From NCBI GenBank assembly GCA_951812955.1, contig OX638340.1:1728001-1792000 (forward strand): a stretch of 64,000 bases of DNA, read 5' to 3'. This DNA is from an uncultured Gemmatimonadota bacterium. GTDB taxonomy: Bacteria; JAAXHH01. Shown one piece after another: positions 10,068 through 18,711 of the stretch (its first letter is position 1; each line of letters begins with the position of its first letter). Both the position numbers and the translations under genes were made by a program. The notes beneath the pieces were generated by a model, which saw only the letters and a program-made list of their open reading frames with translations, did no database searches and was not told the DNA's origin.

Positions 10068-11402
10068 ATGACCGACCTCTTCTCCGAACAGGCTGAAAAG
10101 CAACTCCAGCGTGAAGGGCCGCTGGCGGCGCGCATGCGGCCGGATTCTCTGGAAGGCTTCCTGGGCCAGCAGGGGCTGGTCGGCCAGGGTCGCCTCCTGA
10201 ATGAATCCATCGAGCGGGACACACCCTTTTCCATGATCCTGTGGGGGCCGCCGGGTTCGGGCAAGACTACCCTCGCCTTCATCATCGCCCGATCTACGGA
10301 CTCCCATTTCGTGCCGCTGAGCGCCGTGAACGCTGGCGTGAAGGACCTGCACCGGGCGGCTTCCGAGGCCCGGGACCGGCTGGGCATGCACCGCAAGCGG
10401 ACCATTCTCTTCATAGACGAGATCCATCGATTCAACAAGCTGCAACAGGACGCCGTGCTGCCGACCGTGGAGAACGGGACGCTGACCCTCATCGGGGCGA
10501 CGACGGAGAACCCGTCCTTCGAAGTCAACGGCGCCCTGCTGTCTCGCTGCCGTGTGCTGCGCCTGGAACCCCTGGCTGAGGACGACCTGGCAAGGATCGT
10601 ACGTGGTGCGCTGGAAGACGGCGAACACGGTCTCGGCGGGCGGAATATAGAAATGGACGAGGAAGCGGTCGAGCACCTCGCTTCCGTGGCCGGCGGCGAC
10701 GCGCGGGTCGCACTGAATACCCTCGAGGTGGCGGCCATGACCACGCCGCGAGATGACGACGCCCGGATACGACTGACCACGAAGGAGATCGACGAAGCCC
10801 TGCAGCACCGGGCGCCGCAGTACGACAAGGGTGGAGACTGGCACTTCGATGCGATATCGGCCCTGCACAAAAGCGTGCGGGACTCCGATCCGGACGGAGC
10901 GCTGTACTGGCTGGCCCGGATGCTCATCGCCGGGGACGATCCCCTGTACATTGCCCGCCGGATCATCCGCATGTCGGTGGAGGACATCGGACTGGCCGAC
11001 CCCTTCGCCCTGACCCTGACCACCTCGGCCCAGCAGGCCGTCCATTTCGTGGGCCAGCCCGAAGGCGACCTGATGCTCGCCCACGCGGTGGTGTACCTCG
11101 CCACGGCGCCGAAGAGCAACGCGGTCTACTCGGCCTTTTCAAAGGCGCGGCGGGACGCGGAGCAGACGAGCGACGAGCCCGTGCCCATGCACCTGCGCAA
11201 CGCCCCGACCAGCCTGATGAAGGAAATGGGCCACGGCAAGGGATACAAGTACGCCCATGACCACGACGGGGCGGCCGTGGACCAGGAGCATCTGCCCGAA
11301 TCCATTCAAGGGCATCGCTACTACGAACCCACCAACCGGGGACGGGAAGAAAAGATCCGTTCGTGGATGGAGAAGATGCGGAAGATCAGGGAGAGGGGTT
11401 GA
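10068..11402 (+). CDS. rarA: Replication-associated recombination protein A (AAA+ ATPase RarA/MgsA)
   Basis: Walker A GPPGSGKTTLA, Walker B LFIDEIHRFNK, and the MgsA C-terminal helical domains. 444 aa. Confidence 0.95.
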   Translation: MTDLFSEQAEKQLQREGPLAARMRPDSLEGFLGQQGLVGQGRLLNESIERDTPFSMILWGPPGSGKTTLAFIIARSTDSHFVPLSAVNAGVKDLHRAASEARDRLGMHRKRTILFIDEIHRFNKLQQDAVLPTVENGTLTLIGATTENPSFEVNGALLSRCRVLRLEPLAEDDLARIVRGALEDGEHGLGGRNIEMDEEAVEHLASVAGGDARVALNTLEVAAMTTPRDDDARIRLTTKEIDEALQHRAPQYDKGGDWHFDAISALHKSVRDSDPDGALYWLARMLIAGDDPLYIARRIIRMSVEDIGLADPFALTLTTSAQQAVHFVGQPEGDLMLAHAVVYLATAPKSNAVYSAFSKARRDAEQTSDEPVPMHLRNAPTSLMKEMGHGKGYKYAHDHDGAAVDQEHLPESIQGHRYYEPTNRGREEKIRSWMEKMRKIRERG

Positions 11403-11430
11403 CCGATCCGCGCCGCCCAGGGGCTTTACT

Positions 11431-11486
11431 CGGATTACGCGACGAGGCCGCCGATCGCGCGACATCACGCCGGATTACGCGACGAG
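11431..11486. repeat. Direct repeat CGGATTACGCGACGAG x2 in the convergent intergenic spacer
   Basis: Copies at 11431-11446 and 11471-11486, between the rarA stop and the stop of the minus-strand gene at 11516. Confidence 0.7.
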
Positions 11487-11515
11487 CGCTACGGATCGCG
11501 CGTCAACCCGCCGGA

Positions 11516-12091
11516 CTAAGCGATCGCCTTGCTGTAGCAGTAGTCGAAGAGCAGTTCCCACTCGCGCTGCTGAATGCTCCGGCAGAGATCGCCGGCCGGG
11601 ACGCCGCCCACGTTGGCGCCTTCGCATAGATCGATGAAGGCGTAGGGGTCCCATGAAGACTGGGACATGAGGTAAACGGCCTGGTCGGGAAGGTTGTCCG
11701 TACCGGATGCGATCGTCGCCGACTCGTCCCTCAACTCGGGGTAGATGTCGTGTTCGCCGACGCGGCCGAACCAGTGCTTGCCATTGGGATAATCCGGTTC
11801 GCGGCGGTGCATGATGCCGTGCCAGTAGCTTCCCGTGGGCGTGGTAATCTGCTGGCTGAGCGTGTGGGATGTGACCAGGAAATCGTGGTACAGCCACAGG
11901 CCGGATACACACCCTTCGGCCATCTCACGGTCGGCAATGCCGTTCGGGCCGAAGGCCTCGTCCAGGTCCAGGGCTTCCAGGTCGGCCTTCGCCGGAGTGT
12001 TTTCTTCTCCCGGTCCCAGCGGCATGATCCGGGGTGTTTTAAGCAGGTCAGCGAAAACGGATCCGTATGCGGCAGGTTCAAAGGCAGACAT
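11516..12091 (-). CDS. Hypothetical protein, probably co-transcribed with the upstream LarE-like gene
   Basis: 191-aa ORF with high-G+C codon usage, 18 nt downstream of the 12110..12952 gene on the same strand. No recognisable motif. Confidence 0.5.
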   Translation of the reverse strand: MSAFEPAAYGSVFADLLKTPRIMPLGPGEENTPAKADLEALDLDEAFGPNGIADREMAEGCVSGLWLYHDFLVTSHTLSQQITTPTGSYWHGIMHRREPDYPNGKHWFGRVGEHDIYPELRDESATIASGTDNLPDQAVYLMSQSSWDPYAFIDLCEGANVGGVPAGDLCRSIQQREWELLFDYCYSKAIA

Positions 12092-12109
12092 GGTCGATCC
12101 TTTCGTGAT

Positions 12110-12952
12110 TCAAACGGCGGTCGTGGCCTTTCGCTTCTTCAGCACCTCGTTCATGCTGCCGGTGCGATATCCCTCCAGGTCGAGCGTGACGTAATCGTAA
12201 CCTATTTCCTTCAGGTAAGCAGCGATCTCGTCGTGGTGTTCGACGACTTTCGCAAGATCGCAAGGCTCTGTTTCAATACGGGCCATGTTCCGGTGGTGGC
12301 GCACACGGAATTGCCGGAGCCCCAGTCCCCGGATGAAGGCTTCTGCCCGGCCAACCTGTTCTAGCGCTTCGATGGTGATGGGGTCGCCGTACGGAAAGCG
12401 CGACGACAGGCAGGCCAGGGACGGCTTGTCCGCCGTGGGCAGGCCAATTCGTTCGGACAGCGCACGGACGTCGGCCTTGGTGAACCCGGCGTCCTTAAGC
12501 GGGCTGCGAACGCCGTGTTCGCGTATCGCCAGCATGCCCGGGCGGAAGTCGCTGATGTCGTCCACGATGCTTCCTTCGCAGATAAAGGCCGCGCCTTCTT
12601 CCCCTGCAATCTCCTCCAGGCGCGTATACAACTCATCTCGACAGAAATAGCACCGGCGCGGGTTGTTCTGCATGTATTCCGCGTTGTGGATTTCCTCCGT
12701 GTCCGCGTAGCGGTGGCGCGCGCCCATCCATTCGGCCAGTTCGGCGGCGGCGTTTTTCTCTTCCTCAGGCAGTGATTCGGACACACCGGTAACCCCGAGC
12801 GCACGGTCACCCAGCACGTCGGTGGCCACCTTGAGCAGCAGCGCACTGTCCACGCCCGCGGAGAAAGCCACCAGGACGCCGCCCATGGCCTGCAGGTCCA
12901 GCTGAAGCGCCTGGTACTTTTCATCCAGTGTGGATGCGTTGTTCCTTTTCAT
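12110..12952 (-). CDS. PP-loop ATP pyrophosphatase, LarE-like (TIGR00268) sulfur-transferase family
   Basis: PP-loop SAGVDS (AFSAGVDSALLL) and conserved Cys residues. The start at 12952 has a GGAGAG RBS; the longer ORF to 13006 lacks one. Confidence 0.75.
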   Translation of the reverse strand: MKRNNASTLDEKYQALQLDLQAMGGVLVAFSAGVDSALLLKVATDVLGDRALGVTGVSESLPEEEKNAAAELAEWMGARHRYADTEEIHNAEYMQNNPRRCYFCRDELYTRLEEIAGEEGAAFICEGSIVDDISDFRPGMLAIREHGVRSPLKDAGFTKADVRALSERIGLPTADKPSLACLSSRFPYGDPITIEALEQVGRAEAFIRGLGLRQFRVRHHRNMARIETEPCDLAKVVEHHDEIAAYLKEIGYDYVTLDLEGYRTGSMNEVLKKRKATTAV

Positions 12953-13214
12953 GTCCTGCTCTCCGATTAAAACCCGGCTCGCTGGAGGTCGAGAGACCTT
13001 GATCAATCTCGGCGAATGCGCCTACGCGGCGTCCGTCTTACATGGTACTCGCCCCATGATTTCGCTTGACAGAAGGGGGATTCCGACACTATTTAACACG
13101 TCTGTTTCGGGTCAAATAAAGATACGGCTGACAAGGTATCATGACAACTTTTTTTTGTATGAAGGTGACGTCGTAAGTTGAACCCTCGAGGTCCATGAAG
13201 GAGCATGATCGGGC

Positions 13215-14288
13215 ATGAGCGGGGACGAACGGAAAGAGACAAAATCCACGCCGGACGACGGGACTGCGGCTTGTCCCCCGGCGGATAGTGACAAGGAAAA
13301 CACTTCGGGCGAACCGACCCGGTTGTACAGCGGCATCCAGCCGACCGGCGACATACATATAGGGAATTACCTCGGCGCCGTTGCCAACTGGGCCAGGCAG
13401 ATCCCGCGGTACGACTGCATCTACTGCGTCGTGGATTACCACGCCATCACCATCGAGTACGACCCGGATACCATGCGGGAGGCCGTGCTGGACACCGCCA
13501 CGATGGGCATCGCTTGCGGTCTCGACCCGGCCCGCTGTACGCTCTTCGTGCAGTCCCACGTGACCGAAACGATGGAACTCGCCTGGATCTTCAGCACCTG
13601 CACCGCCATCGGGGCCCTGGAACGGATGACGCAGTTCAAGGACAAGGCCGCCCAGCATAAGCAGAACATCAACGCGGGCCTGTTTACCTATCCCGTGCTT
13701 CAGGCCGCGGACATCCTGGGTGTCAAGGCCGACGGCGTTCCCGTGGGCGACGACCAGTCCCAGCACCTGGAGTTGACGCGCGAAATCGCCAGGCGGTTCA
13801 ATCACCTGTACGGACCGGTATTCCCCGAAGCCAGGACACTGTACAGCCCCGCGCCGCGCATCATGGGCCTGGACGGCCAGTCCAAGATGAGCAAGAGCCA
13901 GGGGAACTACATCGCGATGAAGGACCGAGCAGACACGGTCAGGAAGAAGCTCGGCTCCGCCTATACCGATCCGAACCGGCTGCGCAGATCCGACCCCGGA
14001 AATCCGGATATCTGCAACATCTTCACGCTCCACAAGTCTTTCTCGAGTCCGGACGAGGTGGCGGCCATCGACGCCGATTGCAGGAGCGCGGACATCGGGT
14101 GCGTCGATTGCAAGAAGAAGCTGGGTTACAACATGGAATCCGCCATGTCGCCGATCCAGGACAAGTACGAGGACCTTACCCGCCGGCCCGACGACGTGCG
14201 GGACGCTCTCGCCACGGGCGCCGACCGGGTACGGAAGCTCACGTCGGAAACCATGACGGAGGTCCGTCACGGCCTGGGGCTGAGGTAG
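13215..14288 (+). CDS. trpS: Tryptophan--tRNA ligase
   Basis: Class I aaRS motifs: HIGN (HIGH-like) in IQPTGDIHIGNYLG, and KMSKS. About 35-aa N-terminal extension relative to typical TrpS, so the start is uncertain. Confidence 0.93.
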   Translation: MSGDERKETKSTPDDGTAACPPADSDKENTSGEPTRLYSGIQPTGDIHIGNYLGAVANWARQIPRYDCIYCVVDYHAITIEYDPDTMREAVLDTATMGIACGLDPARCTLFVQSHVTETMELAWIFSTCTAIGALERMTQFKDKAAQHKQNINAGLFTYPVLQAADILGVKADGVPVGDDQSQHLELTREIARRFNHLYGPVFPEARTLYSPAPRIMGLDGQSKMSKSQGNYIAMKDRADTVRKKLGSAYTDPNRLRRSDPGNPDICNIFTLHKSFSSPDEVAAIDADCRSADIGCVDCKKKLGYNMESAMSPIQDKYEDLTRRPDDVRDALATGADRVRKLTSETMTEVRHGLGLR

Positions 14289-14466
14289 GATGGAACTCCG
14301 GGGCATTCTCCGCGTTTATATCAACGTGATTGAATCTCCTTGTAGGAAACGTCCGGAACATCCTGCAGAAACGCTGAACCGCCACCGGAACTCCCTGCCG
14401 TTTCTTCCCGCACGACCGACCGCGGACTGAAACGGCCGCCCGTAATCCTATCCTTAAGAACCATGC

Positions 14467-15606
14467 ATGGATATATACTCGAAAGAATACGACCATCAAT
14501 CCAGGCCCCTGGGACGGACCGTATCCTTTCGCCGATTAACGGCCAAATACCTCCTCGTCGCCTTCGCCGTCGCTGGTCTGCTCCATGGCTTCATCCTGCT
14601 GGCCCTCCTTTCCACCGGCTTGCTCGAAGACAAGAACATGATCGAACTCACCCTCGCTCCCTACGAGCGTCTGGAACAGCTCGAACAGGCCTACATGGAA
14701 ATGCAGAACCCTCCCACCCTGGTCGACGTGCCTGAAGAAGCCCGCGTGGACGAGCCGCCGGACGAACCGGAGCCCGACGTGGCGGATAAAAACGCCATCG
14801 CGAGGGACCTGCTGGAGGATACGGATTTGCCTGAAGGTCCGGCTTTCTCCGAGGGCGAACTGGAGATCAGGACGATGGAAGACCCGAACGAAGAGGACGA
14901 GCAGCAACACGAGCCATTCACGGGCACCGTCCCGCTCGCTCCGCGAGAGGGCGGCATCGAGGATTTCAAAGAGGTGAAAGACCCGCCCATGTGGACATCG
15001 GACCTGATCATCAGGCGCGAATTCCGGGGCAAGGGCGGACGCGAGGGACTTGGAGAAGGCGCGATGGCAGGAGATGGGGTCGCTTCCGCGCCACGGCCCA
15101 CCGGTCCGGAAGAGCCGGTTTTCATCCCCCAGGACGATCTGAACGAACTGGCACAGATTTCCCGCGAACCCGCCTACGAGCGGCACCGCCGGTTCGGTTT
15201 CGGTTTAGGAAACTCCGGTCCGCGGGTACCCAGGACGAACAACCGCCACACCTCGGTCAAGGATTACGGCGACTTCTCGCTCAGCACCTATGCCTGGGAT
15301 TACGCGCCGTACCTGTACATCCTGCGCGAGCGGATCCGGAGGCGCTGGTTCGCACCCGAGGCCTTCCGGCTCGGCCTGGTGAGCGGACGGGTCATCATCC
15401 GGTTCAAGATCATGCCCGACGGTGCTCTGCGCGACCTCGAGGTTCTTTCCTACAGGGACAATGATATCCCCTATCAATCTCTCGTGGCGTCAAGCCGCAA
15501 CGCCATCGAGACTTCCCACCCCTTTCCGCCGCTCCCCGACGATTTCCTCCATCCGTATCTGGAAATCACCGGCACCTTCTACTACCAGATCCTGCGTGCG
15601 AGGTAG
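14467..15606 (+). CDS. TonB-family energy-transducer-like protein
   Basis: N-terminal TM anchor, acidic/Pro-rich linker, and a C-terminal TonB-CTD-like segment (SGRVIIRFKIMPDGALRDLEVL...). Confidence 0.6.
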   Translation: MDIYSKEYDHQSRPLGRTVSFRRLTAKYLLVAFAVAGLLHGFILLALLSTGLLEDKNMIELTLAPYERLEQLEQAYMEMQNPPTLVDVPEEARVDEPPDEPEPDVADKNAIARDLLEDTDLPEGPAFSEGELEIRTMEDPNEEDEQQHEPFTGTVPLAPREGGIEDFKEVKDPPMWTSDLIIRREFRGKGGREGLGEGAMAGDGVASAPRPTGPEEPVFIPQDDLNELAQISREPAYERHRRFGFGLGNSGPRVPRTNNRHTSVKDYGDFSLSTYAWDYAPYLYILRERIRRRWFAPEAFRLGLVSGRVIIRFKIMPDGALRDLEVLSYRDNDIPYQSLVASSRNAIETSHPFPPLPDDFLHPYLEITGTFYYQILRAR

Positions 15607-15615
15607 CCGTGGGAA

Positions 15616-16560
15616 ATGTCGAATGTGCTTTCTTTTCCGGAGCGTAGGCCTGTGAAAAACCAGATTGGAAGACTGGTTGATTCGAACGCATTCCAGCACA
15701 CCGTCCTCGGAGTAATCTCGGCCGCCGCCGTACTGGTTGGCTTGGAAACCTCCCGGGATCTCGTGGCCCGGTACGGTGCGTGGCTGCATCGGCTCGACCA
15801 GCTGGTCCTGCTGTTCTTCATCCTGGAAGCAGCACTGAAGATGGCGCGGCACGGCCGCCACTGGTATCGCTATTTCGGCGACCGGTGGAATGTTTTCGAC
15901 TTCCTCATCGTGGTGGCGTGCCTGCTGCCGACGGGTGGGCAGTACGCCGCGGTACTTCGCCTAGCCCGGGTGCTCCGGGCGCTGCGGCTGGTGACCGCGG
16001 TGCCGAAACTGCAACTGCTTGTCAATTCACTGCTCAAGTCGATCACGTCGCTGGGATATGTCGGCCTGCTACTGGCCGTGCTGTTCTACATCTACGCGGT
16101 ACTCGGCGTCTATCTCTTCCGCGGCAACGATCCCGTCCACTTCCAGGACCTGTCTACGGCGCTGCTTACGCTCTTCCGCGTGGTAACCCTGGAGGACTGG
16201 ACCGACGTGATGTATATCCAGATGTACGGCAGCGACGCCTACCCCAACTACGCGGATTTCGCCCAGGCCCATCTGCGCGAAGCCTCGCGGGCCATGCCCG
16301 TATTCGGTGCAATCTTCTTCGTAAGTTTCGTGATGCTGGGCACCATGATCATGCTGAACCTCTTCATCGGGGTCATCATCAATTCCATGTCCGAGGCCCA
16401 GGCCGACCGGGAATCGGAGGAACGGCGCCGGCACCTGGAAAGGGATGGACGCATCAGCGTGGGGGATGAAATCGTCCTGGTAGAGGAAGAGATTCAGAAA
16501 CTTTCGAGGCGGCTCAAATCCCTTCGCAAGCGGGCGGATGAGAACGGGGATGGCGGCTGA
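15616..16560 (+). CDS. Voltage-gated ion channel, NaChBac/BacNav family
   Basis: Six-TM architecture. S4 with Arg every third residue (RLARVLRALRLV). Pore filter FRVVTLEDWTDVMY. C-terminal coiled-coil. Confidence 0.85.
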   Translation: MSNVLSFPERRPVKNQIGRLVDSNAFQHTVLGVISAAAVLVGLETSRDLVARYGAWLHRLDQLVLLFFILEAALKMARHGRHWYRYFGDRWNVFDFLIVVACLLPTGGQYAAVLRLARVLRALRLVTAVPKLQLLVNSLLKSITSLGYVGLLLAVLFYIYAVLGVYLFRGNDPVHFQDLSTALLTLFRVVTLEDWTDVMYIQMYGSDAYPNYADFAQAHLREASRAMPVFGAIFFVSFVMLGTMIMLNLFIGVIINSMSEAQADRESEERRRHLERDGRISVGDEIVLVEEEIQKLSRRLKSLRKRADENGDGG

Positions 16561-16579
16561 TTTGCGTTGGAACGGAGCG

Positions 16580-16730
16580 GCGGGAACGGTGACGACGGGT
16601 AGTGGGTGATGAGACCGGTCGGTGGGAACGGTGGCGACGGGTAGTGGGTGATGAGGCCGGTCGATGGGAACGGTGGCGACGGGTAGTGTGTGATGAGGCC
16701 GGTCGGCGGGAACGGTGGCGACGGGTGAAC
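16580..16730. repeat. Tandem repeat, 42-bp unit x about 3.6, immediately downstream of the channel gene
   Basis: Copies at 16580-16621, 16622-16663 and 16664-16705, and a partial copy at 16706-16730, differing by single substitutions. Confidence 0.85.
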
Positions 16731-16881
16731 CGTGTGAAATTGGACCGATTGATCTGAGGCGGCGCACGGGCTGAAACAGCGCGAGTAACCTTTAGGCCAT
16801 GCTCGACTTGCCTGGAATCGTAAATCAGACCTGTTCGCCACCGGCACGTAATTTCGCTGGCGGGACGACACACGCGGGCGT

Positions 16882-17223
16882 TCAGACCTGCTCGCCGCCG
16901 TCCGGTCCGTAGAAGATGACCCACGTCTTCATCGATTCGCCGAAATCCACGAATCGATGTGCGACCCCGGCGGGCACGAATAAGAAGTCACCGGCCTCGA
17001 ACGGCACGACCTCGCCGCCCATTTCGAATTCTCCCTTCCCCTCGACAATCACGTAGCACTCGTCACGGCGGTGAGGCTTCTGATCGTCCACTTCCCGGGG
17101 CATGTACAACTCGATCTGCAACTCGCCGCGCTCCAGCGCAACGAAGAACCGATCTCCGTTCGGAGCGGGGATCTTCGCGGCGATCTCCGAGGGGGTGATT
17201 CGCTTGCAGGTGTGTCTTTGCAT
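16882..17223 (-). CDS. Cupin-domain protein
   Basis: 113 aa with the conserved cupin beta-barrel motifs (G..H.H...E......G and PAGVAHRF). Confidence 0.7.
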   Translation of the reverse strand: MQRHTCKRITPSEIAAKIPAPNGDRFFVALERGELQIELYMPREVDDQKPHRRDECYVIVEGKGEFEMGGEVVPFEAGDFLFVPAGVAHRFVDFGESMKTWVIFYGPDGGEQV

Positions 17224-17609
17224 GGTTCCTATCCAAAGGGTCAGGTTAAATCACAAGCTTGAACCAGTATACACGAAGAGATCCAGATACAAGAGGCAAC
17301 GAAAGACTATATTCCAAGATAGCGACCTGATCTGGCAATTGCCACGGAATAGAGCCGTGCGATCGGCAAAGCCATGCGATCGGCAATTCGAGTCGCCGTT
17401 GACACCTAACGAGCACCCTGTTTATATTAACTTGATCGAGATAAAGCGCCTGTTTAATGGTTCTTGTTAATAGCATTCGGCATCTCTTGCGTGATTCTAC
17501 GTCGTCTGCGCACTGAATCGTGCGTAACCTGCTTATATGTGCGCTATGGTTAGTCTCCTTGTCCTCTCTGTCGCCTCACTAAGACCGAAATCTCACTAAC
17601 CCAATATCC

Positions 17610-18587
17610 ATGCCCTCCCATCCAACGCTGACTGACATCGCCAGGGCACGACGTTTCCTCAACGATCACCTGACTCCGACGCCGATGTACCGTTCCGCCG
17701 GGTTCAGCGAGACGCTGGGCCTTGATCTCCACGTCAAGTACGAGAATTTCCAGCCCATACGCTCGTTCAAGGTAAGGGGCGGACTGTATGCCATGTCCCT
17801 GCTCGACGAGTCCCAGCGCGAACGGGGGGTCACCACGGCGTCCACCGGCAACCACGGCCAGGGCATTGCCTACGGCGGCGGCGTACTGGGCGTACCCGTC
17901 ACGGTGGTCGTGCCCCACGGTACTCCGAAGGTCAAGAGCGACGCCATCCGCCGGCTCGGCGCCGATCTGGTCGTGCACGGGACAACGATCGCCGACGGAT
18001 TCAAGCGGGCGCGAGAGATTGCGGAAGATACCGGAAAAGTATACATCGAGGACGGCGAGGATTTTGGCCTTATGGCGGGCGCGGGCACCATCGGCCTGGA
18101 GATCGTGGAGGACCTGCCGGACGTGGATGCGGTGGTGCTGCCCGTGGGCGGCGGCAACCTGATCGCGGGGGTAGGCACGGCCATCAAGGCCACCAATCCG
18201 GAAGTGCGCCTCATCGGCGTCCAGGCCTCCAACGCGCCATCGGTTTACCGATCATGGCAGGAAGGCCGGACGGTGATCACGGCGACGTGCGACACCTTTG
18301 CCGGGGGGCTTGCGACGACCTATCCGGGCGGCCTGGCTTTCGACGTCCTGAAAGACCTGGTCGACGAGATGCACCTCGTCACCGAGGAAGAGATGAAGCG
18401 GGCGATCCCCGTCGTCCTCGAACACACCGGGTTCATCGCGGAAGGCGCGGCCGCGGCGGTATTCGCCCTGTGCATGCGCGAGGCGGCGGCGTTGCGTGGA
18501 CAGCGCGTGGCTATCCTGTTCAGTGGCGGCAACCTGGGTATGGACGGGGTCAGGGAAATGGTCCGGTACCTCCCCGATGAGGCATAG
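17610..18587 (+). CDS. PLP-dependent threonine/serine dehydratase (tryptophan synthase beta superfamily)
   Basis: PLP-lysine motif SFKVRG, glycine-rich STGNHGQG loop, about 325 aa without an ACT domain. Confidence 0.85.
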   Translation: MPSHPTLTDIARARRFLNDHLTPTPMYRSAGFSETLGLDLHVKYENFQPIRSFKVRGGLYAMSLLDESQRERGVTTASTGNHGQGIAYGGGVLGVPVTVVVPHGTPKVKSDAIRRLGADLVVHGTTIADGFKRAREIAEDTGKVYIEDGEDFGLMAGAGTIGLEIVEDLPDVDAVVLPVGGGNLIAGVGTAIKATNPEVRLIGVQASNAPSVYRSWQEGRTVITATCDTFAGGLATTYPGGLAFDVLKDLVDEMHLVTEEEMKRAIPVVLEHTGFIAEGAAAAVFALCMREAAALRGQRVAILFSGGNLGMDGVREMVRYLPDEA

Positions 18588-18711
18588 CACGCACGTCGCT
18601 GACATTGGAATGGCCTGTCGTATACACATCGTATACACGCCCAGTAATATACACACCCTATCGTATACACTATCCTTGCCGTAATGTGGTCTAGTCCTAC
18701 GAGGAGCCGAC

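Noticed and set aside
16580-16730. Possible CRISPR array (also considered for 25494-25725 and 30429-30532)
   Set aside because: The repeat units are contiguous with no unique spacers of 25-40 bp between them and no cas genes nearby. They are simple tandem repeats.
16494-16924. Minus-strand ORFs giving proline-rich THYPSPPFPPTGLI repeats
   Set aside because: They are a translation of the 42-bp non-coding tandem repeat, with no start context and no homology.
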